From: Candidatus Obscuribacteraceae bacterium
GTDB lineage: Bacteria > Cyanobacteriota > Vampirovibrionia > Obscuribacterales > Obscuribacteraceae
NCBI GenBank assembly: GCA_044229845.1
Contig: JBGASG010000001.1
Location: 224,001 to 288,000, forward strand
Reading direction: 5' to 3'
DNA length: 64,000 nt
Part shown: positions 1 to 9,016 of the stretch, piece by piece
How the letters are laid out: the number at the start of each line of letters is the position of its first letter
Numbering within the stretch: position 1 is the first letter of the stretch
Position numbers and translations under genes: made by a program
The notes under the pieces: model-generated
Database searches by the model: none
What the model saw: the letters and a program-made list of their open reading frames with translations, nothing else
What the model was told of the DNA's origin: nothing

Positions 1-1071
1 ATATCGATCGTGGACAGCCTTGAAGATGTTCTCGTTGATATCGATAGCAGTGACGTGATTTTGATCGAAAACCAGGGCGGATAGAACATCCTTCCCGCCG
101 CCGGCACCAATTACCGCTACATCGGCGTGTTTGCGAAAGTGGTGCGCCAGATTGGATATCTCGTACCTGAGATGGTCGACGGCTTTAACGTCGCCGTCGA
201 ATTTGAGAATCGGTGTGGCGGCGCCACCATCGATATCCAAATAGGCGAAGCGAGCTTTGGCGGTTGCAGCTACCGTCGGACTCAAGCCGTAGGCATCGGC
301 TGGCTGCATCTGATCTGGATTGCCGAACACGCGCACGCGCGAGAACGAGTTCCACAACTGGTAGAGGTTTTCCGCTTCCGGCAGCCCCTTTGTCCAGTGG
401 ACGGCGACAAGCGGGTGTTGCTGTTGATAAGAAACAGCTTGCGCTCCCGATAAAAGTCCGAACAGTGCCACTGCGATTGTGCTGGAGGCGATCAGCTTTT
501 TGCTGTCTCCATTGAATGCAAAGCAAAGAGCTGACAGCGAAGCCAGAGCTGAAATCGCAAAAACATCAGTGATACCGTCCACAAATCTCAGGGAAAAAAC
601 GACCGCAAGACAGCCCAGCCCCGCTCCCAAAAGATCAACAGCATACAGCGAATTGACTTGCCTGGGAAATCTGGTCAGAGCCAGCGAAATTGCCACGCCG
701 CTGGCCGTCAGGGCTGCAATTGTGAAAGGCAAGGTTGCCATCAAGGAGGCCACGATGATGATCGCGGCATTGCTACTGCCCAGCAGGTAGGGGCTATACA
801 AGTGCACCAAAACTGCGATGGTGGAGAGAGCCGCAAATGCCAGTGAGCTGATTGCCAGGTGCTCGTTGGTCTTCTCCGGCTTGAAGTAATTCGGCTTCAG
901 ATAGACAGCGATGCCGCCTGCTGCCAGCCCGAACAATGTTACCGATATCGACAGAAAGGCGAAGTGATACCAGGTTGTGACACTGAAGATGCGCGTCAGT
1001 AACACCTCGTACATGAGTGTGGACATGGCTACGAGAAATAAGCCGACGTATGTGAATACGCTCGCTGACAT
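1..1071 (-). CDS. Membrane-anchored spermidine-synthase-like class I SAM-dependent transferase (runs off left edge)
   Basis: Not in the ORF track; I translated the two ends by hand. ATG at 1071 follows GGAGGA and gives hydrophobic MSASVFTYVGLFLVAMSTLMYEVLLTRIFSV. The same frame near position 1 gives the SAM motif VAVIGAGGGKDVL...VTAIDIN. Confidence 0.75.
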   Translation of the reverse strand, partial: MSASVFTYVGLFLVAMSTLMYEVLLTRIFSVTTWYHFAFLSISVTLFGLAAGGIAVYLKPNYFKPEKTNEHLAISSLAFAALSTIAVLVHLYSPYLLGSSNAAIIIVASLMATLPFTIAALTASGVAISLALTRFPRQVNSLYAVDLLGAGLGCLAVVFSLRFVDGITDVFAISALASLSALCFAFNGDSKKLIASSTIAVALFGLLSGAQAVSYQQQHPLVAVHWTKGLPEAENLYQLWNSFSRVRVFGNPDQMQPADAYGLSPTVAATAKARFAYLDIDGGAATPILKFDGDVKAVDHLRYEISNLAHHFRKHADVAVIGAGGGKDVLSALVFDQNHVTAIDINENIFKAVHDRY

Positions 1072-1166
1072 CAATCCTCCCCCGACTTTGCATGTGCATT
1101 ATAGCCAGCATCAAGCCAGCAGGACGACTTTCGCGGCCTGCGCAATCCGGGGATTACCGCCGTCTG

Positions 1167-1823
1167 CTACTGTTGCGACGCGTTGTCGGCGGCTGCCTTT
1201 TGCTTGCCGACTTTGGGAACAACCTGGAAGTCTAATTTCTTGTCGCTATCATGCACGACCTTGCCGGATACATTCGAAGAATCTTTGCGCATCATGCGCG
1301 TGATGTATTTATTGTCGGTTTCCCACATTTTGGGAGCATGACCGGTGAGTTTTATAAGTTGCTTCTTGGCGATTATTCCGCGGTCGTCGTCGGCAAAGCG
1401 ATCAGTCATGAAGCCCATACCGTGGAAGGTCAGTCCCTTTTCTTCACCAACTTCGCCGCGGTAGACAATCAACCATTCCTTGAGGCATCTTTCGTATACG
1501 TAAGGATCGCGTTCATCTTGTCCTTCCAGCTTATCTTGCAAAGCTTCGGCCAGGAGGCGGTGGGAGTCCATATCGTCGTCATTGATCTCGAGAGCGCGCG
1601 TCAGCAACTTTATCGCTCGGTCATAATCGCCTCGACGAATCGCTTGCTGAGCCACCAGCGTTATCTGCCGGTTGAATTTGCTGCGCGTAAAAACTTCATC
1701 TGACTCGATATAGCCCTTGGAAGTCTGCTGCTTGAGGGTAGGTTTGGGATCCTCTGACGCCAGAGCGGGGGCTGCGGACAGGCACAAAACCGCCAGGACG
1801 ACCGATATGGGGAGTCTAGTCAT
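1167..1823 (-). CDS. Secreted TPR-like protein (paralog of 42872..43537)
   Basis: Start moved to MTRLPISVVLAVLCLSAAPALA (signal peptide), which removes the overlap with the upstream regulator. TPR-like segment AIRRGDYDRAIKLLTRALEINDDD. Confidence 0.65.
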   Translation of the reverse strand: MTRLPISVVLAVLCLSAAPALASEDPKPTLKQQTSKGYIESDEVFTRSKFNRQITLVAQQAIRRGDYDRAIKLLTRALEINDDDMDSHRLLAEALQDKLEGQDERDPYVYERCLKEWLIVYRGEVGEEKGLTFHGMGFMTDRFADDDRGIIAKKQLIKLTGHAPKMWETDNKYITRMMRKDSSNVSGKVVHDSDKKLDFQVVPKVGKQKAAADNASQQ

Positions 1824-1873
1824 AGCCGTCGTACCTCGCGAGTGTGTAAGGATTGCGGGCAAGCAATCTTTGT

Positions 1874-2599
1874 TTAGTTGATTTTTTGGAACATGTAACC
1901 GATACCGCGGGCGGTGAGGATTAGATCCGGGTTGGAGCTGTCGTCCTCGAGTTTGCTGCGCAAGCGGCTGATATGCACATCGACGACGCGGGTATCGATG
2001 CGGTGATCGGGTGGATATGCCCAAACTTGCTGCAGAATTTCGCTGCGCGAATAAGGGCGTCCCGAATTGGTAACGAGTAGTTCCAGCAAGGAGAATTCCA
2101 TGCCTGTCAGACGAATACGTTCGTTCTTCTTCATCACCTGGCGTTTGTTGAGATCGATTTTCAAGTTGCCAATGGTAATGACGTTAGAGGTCTTGCTTTG
2201 CGACGTGTCTTGCGTGCGCTCCACGGTTCTTCTCAGCACCGCTTTGATACGCGCTTCCAGTTCGCTGGGGCTGAACGGTTTGACGACGTAGTCGTCGGCA
2301 CCAATTTCAAGACCTTGAATTCTGTTGGAGACGTCCGCTACTGCGGTGAGCATAATGATCGGCGTATCCGAAGTTTTGCGGATTTCGCGGCAAACTTCAT
2401 AGCCGTCCATTTTTGGCAGCATGACGTCGAGAATGACCAGGTCCGGTTGGAAGGCATTGAATTGATCGAGTGCTTCCTGACCGTCCGCGGCAGTGGCTAC
2501 GTTATAGCCCGCCATCTTCAGTCGCGTTTCCAAGATTCGTCGAATCGACGCCTCGTCATCGACGACCAACACTTTTTCTTGAGCGGTTTGGCTCTCCAT
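1874..2599 (-). CDS. rpaB: OmpR-family response regulator, RpaB/Ycf27-like
   Basis: KVLVVDDEASIRRILETRL, ERIRLTGMEFSLLELLV and DTRVVDVHISRLRSKLEDD...LILTARGIGYMFQ closely match cyanobacterial RpaB. Confidence 0.8.
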   Translation of the reverse strand: MESQTAQEKVLVVDDEASIRRILETRLKMAGYNVATAADGQEALDQFNAFQPDLVILDVMLPKMDGYEVCREIRKTSDTPIIMLTAVADVSNRIQGLEIGADDYVVKPFSPSELEARIKAVLRRTVERTQDTSQSKTSNVITIGNLKIDLNKRQVMKKNERIRLTGMEFSLLELLVTNSGRPYSRSEILQQVWAYPPDHRIDTRVVDVHISRLRSKLEDDSSNPDLILTARGIGYMFQKIN

Positions 2600-3420
2600 G
2601 TACTAAAACTTCTCCCCATTTCCGAAATCGCCGCAGTCATTTTAAAGCTAATGTCTGCCCAGCGTAACTTCCGAAGGAAACAAAGTCACGCGATCCTCTT
2701 ATATGTATCACAATCCGACCAAACTCTCCTGACATGATATTTAGGACTATAAATGCCCACTGTTGCAGCATTTTGGCAATTGTGAAGAGCATCTTTTCAG
2801 TCCCGAAAGTCAAGTGTCGACGTTTCCGGCGAAACATCCGCAATCGATCACTGGAGTTGTATTTCGGACGCTTTGCCACCACCTGCGCCACCAGGTTGAA
2901 ATGAGGCGGCACCGCGTTTGGTATCACCGGCAGCGGCAATATTGTTGTCATTACCTTGACTGACCGATAACCACCTTGATTACGCTAAACCAGTGCTAGA
3001 CCGAAAAATTTAGGTTTGCCACTTGAAGTTTTGCTGTTAGAATCCGGTCACGGTGTGCGATTGCAGCAGTCAAGTCGCTTGACAATGAATCCAGTCTTAA
3101 TTAAAGCAGCCACCAAATACGGTTGTCATAGCTGTGACGCCGTGTAGAATGACCGGGTATTTCGCGAACGGAAGCGCCGACTGGCACGCGTTTACAAGCA
3201 AAATAAACATCCGTCGTATCAGTCGCGAATATTCAATTAAATAGAAGGGAGCAACACATCAAACCACGATATATATCGACCGTTTGTTTTCCGTTCGTGT
3301 CGAAAGAAAGGTTTGTGTTTGAAAAAAATTGTGCCATCACCTGAGTCGTGTTAAGCTCATGGCTGACTGAATGGTATCGGTTTGCGGTTACGGACTTACA
3401 GAGGTAAGAAAGAGGAAGAT

Positions 3421-5748
3421 ATGAAGAAGCCCCAGTTGTGCTTAGCCTTAAGCATTTCCATTGCACTGGTGCAAGCGAACTTACTACAGGCCAATGCTGA
3501 GACGTCTTCGCAAGCGATCTGGCAGAAACTTGCCGGTGTTAAAGCGAACACGCAAAAGCCCGTGGCTAAGAAAGCTGCACCATCCGTGGTTCATCGCGCT
3601 CCAGCTGTCACCGCTAGTGGTGTCGCAGTCAGTGGCGCCAACAACGGACAAGTAGCCTTGTTCCTTGGCAAAGATAAGGATGCAACAAAAGCACCGGCTG
3701 CCGCGCTCACCATTCACTCCTCCCTGCCGGTGACCGAACCGAGTGAAGCGGTTGCTTCGACTTCGGAAGAACCCAAACTGATTGCCATGAGCGAAGCAGT
3801 TGCCAGCGATGCTTCTTCGGAAGCCGCCGCGCCTTCGATTCCAATTCCGTCGCTGACTTCGATTTCTTCGAAGAGCACCTCTAAGTATTCCTCTAAGACT
3901 CTTCTCGCCCAGCTCGCTCCCGATCAATTGATCGCGCAAGCCGACGCCAACGCCACCCCGATTCCTCCAGTGGTTTCCGGCACGGTCGACCTCGAAGAGT
4001 TCAAACCGAGCAACACGATCGATCTGAAAGTTTCGCAGTCGCGTACATTCAAACTGCGCAACAAGATCATCCGCACCTCCATCAGCGATCCGTCCATCGC
4101 TGAGCCGGTAGTGGTTGCGGAAAACCAAATGGTCTTGCTGGGTAAAGCCCCGGGCGGCGCCACCCTGGTTATCTGGGATGATGCCGGCAACTCGGTCGCC
4201 ATCGACGTCCGCGTATCGCGTGACTTCGGTGCCCTGCAATCGATCATCCGCGAAATCGATCCTCGTATTATCGTCCGCACGTTCTCCGTCGGCGGCAGCG
4301 ATCGCATCATTATGATGGGCGACGTTGACCACCCCGAATCGATCATCCGCGCCTTCGCAGCAGCGAACGCCTTCATGGATGACCGCGGCATGAACATCAT
4401 CGTTGCCGGCAGCCGCATCATGGACAAGAGAATCGGCGAAACTGGCGGTACCTCGCAAGGCGGTCAGCAGACCGGTACGTTGTCCACCATCGGTCAAACC
4501 GACCGTTACACGTTCTTCGGCAACCAGAACAACAACCTCTCGAGAGCGCAGAGCGTCGTCAGCGACGGCGGTCGCGTCACCTCGCTGGTTCGTGTTCGCA
4601 AAGCTCCTTTGATCGTGCTGCACTGCACCTTCATGGAAATGAACTCCGCTGCCGTGCGTGAATTGGGCGTCCAACTCGGCGTCGCCTTCACCAGCGACAC
4701 GTTCACCTTCGGCATCGGCGGTAACAACGCCAATGGTGGCACCACCAACATCGGTCCAGTGCTGCCGGTCTCCTTCGGCGCAGTCCAGACCCAGGGAATT
4801 CCTGGTGGCGGTACCGCTCCTGTGACCCTGGCTGGATACAACATTATTCAGACCGGAGCTGCTCAGCTCGGAACGACTGGTATCGGTCAAGGCTTGCTGA
4901 ACGGCGCTCCGCCGCTACTGAACGGCACCACGCTGTTTGGTATCCCGGGCGGTGCCACATTCAACTCGGCTGGCGGTCTCGCCAACCTGTTCACCGCGGT
5001 TTCCAACTTCGCTAGCGGCAATAACTCACGCTGGTCGATCTCACCGACACTGCAAGGTGTGATTACTCACTCCCGCGCACGTGTCTTGTCGGAACCAACT
5101 CTGGTTACGATCTCTGGTGAGAGAGCAGCATTCCTGGCCGGTGGCGAAATTCCAATTTTGCAATCTATCGCCACCGCCGGTACAGCAGCTCAGTCAGTTG
5201 TGTTCGAGCCATTCGGTATGCGACTCAACATGATCCCGGTTCTGTTGGAAAACGGCACCATCAACCTGCAGATCTCGCCTGAAGAGCGTTTGCTCGACAG
5301 ATCGAACGCCCTCAACCTGTTCGGTGGTGGAACGTCAGCCATTCCGGCGTTCGTCACCCGCAGAACGCAAACAACCGTCGAACTGAAGCCTGGTCAAGAG
5401 CTCTTCATCTCTGGCTTGGTCACCAGCAACCACGGTCGTGAATTGACCAAGACTCCGATTATCGGTGAAGTACCTGTACTCGGCGCTCTCTATCGTTCGA
5501 AAGCATTCGCCAAGAACGAATCGGAACTCGTAGTTGCCGTCCGTCCGGAAGTCATCCTTCCTGGAACGCCTGGACAACTCAAATTGCCGGAAGAAATCAG
5601 CAAGGTGGAAGGTCCTCGCGACACCAACATCCTGCAAGTCGAACCGACAATCCTCGACGAGCGTTACATGAGAACTGGTCGTTCGGAACGCACCCTGGCA
5701 CTGCCCGGCACGTTGCCTCCGGATGCTCCGATTCCCGACAACAAGTAA
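3421..5748 (+). CDS. Outer-membrane secretin of CpaC/RcpA (Tad/Flp pilus) type
   Basis: Signal peptide after AGAGGA. N-domain ISDPSIAEPVVV...LLGKAPGGATLVIWD. Secretin motifs ARVLSEPTLVTISGERAAFLAGGEIPI and KTPIIGEVPVLGALYRS...ESELVVAVRP. Confidence 0.85.
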   Translation: MKKPQLCLALSISIALVQANLLQANAETSSQAIWQKLAGVKANTQKPVAKKAAPSVVHRAPAVTASGVAVSGANNGQVALFLGKDKDATKAPAAALTIHSSLPVTEPSEAVASTSEEPKLIAMSEAVASDASSEAAAPSIPIPSLTSISSKSTSKYSSKTLLAQLAPDQLIAQADANATPIPPVVSGTVDLEEFKPSNTIDLKVSQSRTFKLRNKIIRTSISDPSIAEPVVVAENQMVLLGKAPGGATLVIWDDAGNSVAIDVRVSRDFGALQSIIREIDPRIIVRTFSVGGSDRIIMMGDVDHPESIIRAFAAANAFMDDRGMNIIVAGSRIMDKRIGETGGTSQGGQQTGTLSTIGQTDRYTFFGNQNNNLSRAQSVVSDGGRVTSLVRVRKAPLIVLHCTFMEMNSAAVRELGVQLGVAFTSDTFTFGIGGNNANGGTTNIGPVLPVSFGAVQTQGIPGGGTAPVTLAGYNIIQTGAAQLGTTGIGQGLLNGAPPLLNGTTLFGIPGGATFNSAGGLANLFTAVSNFASGNNSRWSISPTLQGVITHSRARVLSEPTLVTISGERAAFLAGGEIPILQSIATAGTAAQSVVFEPFGMRLNMIPVLLENGTINLQISPEERLLDRSNALNLFGGGTSAIPAFVTRRTQTTVELKPGQELFISGLVTSNHGRELTKTPIIGEVPVLGALYRSKAFAKNESELVVAVRPEVILPGTPGQLKLPEEISKVEGPRDTNILQVEPTILDERYMRTGRSERTLALPGTLPPDAPIPDNK

Positions 5749-5776
5749 TCGCAGTCAATCGAATCAAGGTACAAAG

Positions 5777-5805
5777 GAGGGGAGCGCAGGCTCCCCTCTC
5801 TTCTT
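5777..5805 (+). terminator. Intrinsic terminator after the secretin gene
   Basis: GAGGGGAGC-gcag-GCTCCCCTC perfect 9-bp stem followed by TCTTCTT. Confidence 0.7.
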
Positions 5806-5951
5806 GCTGAAAGTATTGGTCGAAACGAGACTATGCCTTCCAAAAGCGGCGGTGCTGATCCATCCTTTGTGGAGATCAACACTTCTGTTTAAACGCCCAA
5901 AGGAGAGATCGCTGTCCCCCGACCGTCAGGCGATTAGCAGCTAGTTTCGAG

Positions 5952-6356
5952 CTAGCGTTTCTTTGAGGATGACTTCTTAGCCGGCTGAGATTTGACGCCG
6001 CTCAAAGCGCGCTGAGACTCTTCCGGAAACTCTTTCATGAAGACGATGAAGACTCGTGCCACAGCGTTGCTGATGAACTCTTCACGCGTCTCTGCCGGTG
6101 TGTAGCAATTGGCCAGACCAGCTTTATCTACGATGCGCAGGAGCCCCTTTTCTGCCAGGCGGACCATCGTGGTCATCACCGTCGTGTAAGCAATCGGGCG
6201 CTGCTGTCGCAGACTCTCGTAGATGTCGCGCACCGTCACGGTGGGATTGGACTTCTTCCAAACCAACTCCATAATTTCGCATTCGAGGTCGCCGAGAAAC
6301 TTTCTCAGCCCTGTTTGATTGAAGCGGAACGACGCGTTCTCGTCGTTGAGTCTCAT
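5952..6356 (-). CDS. BlaI/MecI/CopY family transcriptional regulator
   Basis: LGDLECEIMELVW...TVRDI...IAYTTVMTTMVRLAEKGLL winged-helix signature. Confidence 0.85.
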   Translation of the reverse strand: MRLNDENASFRFNQTGLRKFLGDLECEIMELVWKKSNPTVTVRDIYESLRQQRPIAYTTVMTTMVRLAEKGLLRIVDKAGLANCYTPAETREEFISNAVARVFIVFMKEFPEESQRALSGVKSQPAKKSSSKKR

Positions 6357-6606
6357 AGATTGCCGTTGATTCGGGTAAGAGTGCCAAAAAATCGTATCAC
6401 GAACGCGGCGTTTCGTGGGATCTCGTTCGCAGAGGATTGTTTGAAAAAGCCAGCGCGGGAGCGGCTTTCGTCAAACAGCCTAATTTCGACTGTAGCAACT
6501 AGTAATATTAGGTATTGCAAACGAGCTGCGCGTTTTAGTGTACGCTGTTGAAAGCCGGTCGTCGTGCTGCCCCTTCTCATGCCCATTTCACGAGGATTTC
6601 ATCAAC

Positions 6607-7209
6607 TTGACAGTTCCGAAGAGCGCATCGCGTCCAGTCGTGTTCCTAGATCGCGACGGCACGCTTAACGAAGAGGTCGGCTACATACGCAACCTGGACG
6701 ATCTGCACTTGATCGCCGGTGCTGCCGATGCCGTGTTGAAGTTGAACAAGTCCCAAGTGGCTGCCGTTTTAATAACCAACCAGACAGGTGCTGCCCGTGG
6801 TTACTACTCCGAAGACCACATTCGCAACTTGAATTCTCGACTGGTTGATTTGCTCTCAGCAAGCGGAGCGCATCTCGATGCTCTCTACTACTGCCCGCAT
6901 CTGCCCGAGGCAACGGTCGCGCAATATGCTCTCGCTTGCGGCTGCCGAAAGCCGGAGGCGGGGCTTGTAGAACAGGCCTTTGGCGATCATCCTTCTCTCG
7001 ATCGTGCGCGCGCGTATGTCGTCGGAGACAAAGCGACAGATGTGGAATTGGCGCAGAACTGCGGTGCCAAGGGCGTACTTGTGACAACAGGGTACGGAGC
7101 CCGAGTGCAATCAGGTGAGTATCAATGGCCCGTCAAGCCGGATTTCGAGTGCGCCAGTATTGTTGAAGCAGTGACTTGGATCCTTGCTGATCTCAAGATA
7201 CTTGTTTAG
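6607..7209 (+). CDS. gmhB: D-glycero-D-manno-heptose-1,7-bisphosphate phosphatase (HAD IIIA)
   Basis: FLDRDGTL, TNQTG, Zn site CPH...CGCRKP and VGDK. The start (TTG 6607) is approximate. Confidence 0.8.
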   Translation: MTVPKSASRPVVFLDRDGTLNEEVGYIRNLDDLHLIAGAADAVLKLNKSQVAAVLITNQTGAARGYYSEDHIRNLNSRLVDLLSASGAHLDALYYCPHLPEATVAQYALACGCRKPEAGLVEQAFGDHPSLDRARAYVVGDKATDVELAQNCGAKGVLVTTGYGARVQSGEYQWPVKPDFECASIVEAVTWILADLKILV

Positions 7210-7964
7210 ATGTGAGCAACGCAGATTAGCGACGTGCCGAACGGCAGGTCATGATTCGGCAACACCGATGTTTCCCAACTGAATGACTTTTCCAGAACCG
7301 CATTCAAAGGTTTTGGCGGCAGGCAGAAATCCCACGGCGACACTTCTTTGCCGGCTGCCAGCCAGCGATCGATGCGGTCTTTGATGTTGCGTGATATCCA
7401 GACAGGACCGAACATGAGCGTATTGCAGTAAGAGATCTTTTCGACTTTGAAGTCGGCTGCTTGCAAGGCTTTGGTCAGGGTGTCTTTCGTATAGCGGCGG
7501 TAGTGGTGGCTCAATTCATCGTTGATTCCCCACAAGGAGGAAAACGCCGGAATCATGAGCAATAGGGTGCCACCCTCATGGAGCCAGGATCGCCATTGTC
7601 TAAGAGCCTGCACGTCGTCTTCGCAATGCTCGAGGACGTCGAAGGCAGTCACCATGTCAAACTGATGTGGTGGCAGAGCGAGCGACTCCCAGCCGGCGTG
7701 GACGAATTGCACACCGGGATATTCCTTGAATCTGCCGCTGGCATACTGGAAAGTGGCTTGGTCCGGTTCTGTGGCCGTCAGCTCGCCGTATTTGCTGAGC
7801 AGAGGCACCATGCCACCGCTGCCGGTGCCGATGTCGAGAATCTTGAGATTCTTTTTCGGGTTGATGATCGAAGTAATAATGCAATCGACAATTTTTCGGC
7901 GCGCGACAAACCACCAGTGATTCTGGTCGATCTCCCAAAAACGTTCGTATTGGCTGAGGTCCAT
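7206..7964 (-). CDS. Class I SAM-dependent methyltransferase
   Basis: HWWFVARR, ILDIGTGSG, FDVLEH and HYRRY, a type commonly found beside GT2 genes. Confidence 0.85.
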   Translation of the reverse strand: MDLSQYERFWEIDQNHWWFVARRKIVDCIITSIINPKKNLKILDIGTGSGGMVPLLSKYGELTATEPDQATFQYASGRFKEYPGVQFVHAGWESLALPPHQFDMVTAFDVLEHCEDDVQALRQWRSWLHEGGTLLLMIPAFSSLWGINDELSHHYRRYTKDTLTKALQAADFKVEKISYCNTLMFGPVWISRNIKDRIDRWLAAGKEVSPWDFCLPPKPLNAVLEKSFSWETSVLPNHDLPFGTSLICVAHI

Positions 7965-7968
7965 TGGA

Positions 7969-8931
7969 CTAGTCCTGGTCCTCACTTAGCCCGATGGTTT
8001 CGGACAAAATGAACAGGGGCCGATCTTTGACTTCATCGAAGATCTTACCTATGTATTCCCCGAGAACACCGATCGTCAAAAGCTGCACGCCGCCGAGAAA
8101 CAAAAGAATACTGGCGGTGGCGGCAAATCCCGGCAGGGACCAATTGGTGAAGATGCGAACCAGTATCACGACGACAACTGACAGCAAACTCAAAGTCGAA
8201 ACGAGCACGCCCAGAGCGGTTGCAAAACGCAGCGGCAAGACGGAGAAGGACATCAGACCCGAAAGGGCGAGAAACATCAATTGCCGCAAGTTGTACTTCG
8301 GCTTTCCCTGGAAGCGCTCGTCGCGATCGACCGGTATGCCGATCTGGTTGAATCCGACCCAGGCCCTCAGCCCGCGCACGAAGCGGGTTTTCTCTGGCAG
8401 GCGCTTGATCAGGTTGACGACCCGTCTGTCCATGAGCGAGAAATCGCCGCTGTCAAGCGGGATGTCGGTGTCCGAGGTGGCTTTCAAAATCCGATAAAAG
8501 GTCTTGTAAGCGAGCTGCTTGAAGAAACCTTCTTTGCGCGTTCTCCGAATGGCATAGACGACCTGATAGCCTTCTTTCCACTTGGCAATGAAATCAGGAA
8601 TCACCTCCGGTGCATCCTGCAAATCCGAATCCATGACGATCACAGCCTGTCCGTTGGACAGAGCTAGACCAGCGGAAACCGCCCGCTGGTGACCGAAATT
8701 GCGGGACAACCCCGCCAGTTTGCAGCAAGGGTCGGTCTGGTTGAGTTGCCTGATCATTTCTCGGGATTTGTCCCGGGAGCCGTCGTCGACAAAGACCAGT
8801 TCGTAGGTCTCATTCAGGCTCTTCATCACGTCGGTTAATCGACGGTGCAGTTCAGGCAGGTTTTCCTGTTCGTTGAAGACCGGCATAACGATGCTGTAGA
8901 CAGGTTTCGTCGTCGATTCGTCCGCAGCCAT
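7969..8931 (-). CDS. GT2 polyprenyl-phosphate glycosyltransferase (GtrB-like)
   Basis: SIVMPVFNE, VDDGSRD, LSRNFGHQ, MDSDLQD and two C-terminal TM helices. Confidence 0.9.
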   Translation of the reverse strand: MAADESTTKPVYSIVMPVFNEQENLPELHRRLTDVMKSLNETYELVFVDDGSRDKSREMIRQLNQTDPCCKLAGLSRNFGHQRAVSAGLALSNGQAVIVMDSDLQDAPEVIPDFIAKWKEGYQVVYAIRRTRKEGFFKQLAYKTFYRILKATSDTDIPLDSGDFSLMDRRVVNLIKRLPEKTRFVRGLRAWVGFNQIGIPVDRDERFQGKPKYNLRQLMFLALSGLMSFSVLPLRFATALGVLVSTLSLLSVVVVILVRIFTNWSLPGFAATASILLFLGGVQLLTIGVLGEYIGKIFDEVKDRPLFILSETIGLSEDQD

Positions 8932-9016
8932 TTCGTCTTACCGCAAGGTGACTTTACAAAAGATGATACCATTCGGCTGCTGGTACCAAACCCGCTCAAT
9001 TTGGGTCGTTTGGCAG

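Noticed and set aside
2637..2951. 104-aa ORF in the rpaB-secretin intergenic region
   Set aside because: No motif, clear RBS or protein-like composition supports it.
3181..3200. Sigma-54 promoter (TGGCACG) upstream of the secretin
   Set aside because: There is no GC at the required -12 spacing.
3484..4890. 468-aa minus-strand ORF; likewise 17774..18901, 19856..21088 and 58008..59138
   Set aside because: Each is fully antisense to a well-supported gene, as expected from codon bias at this GC content.
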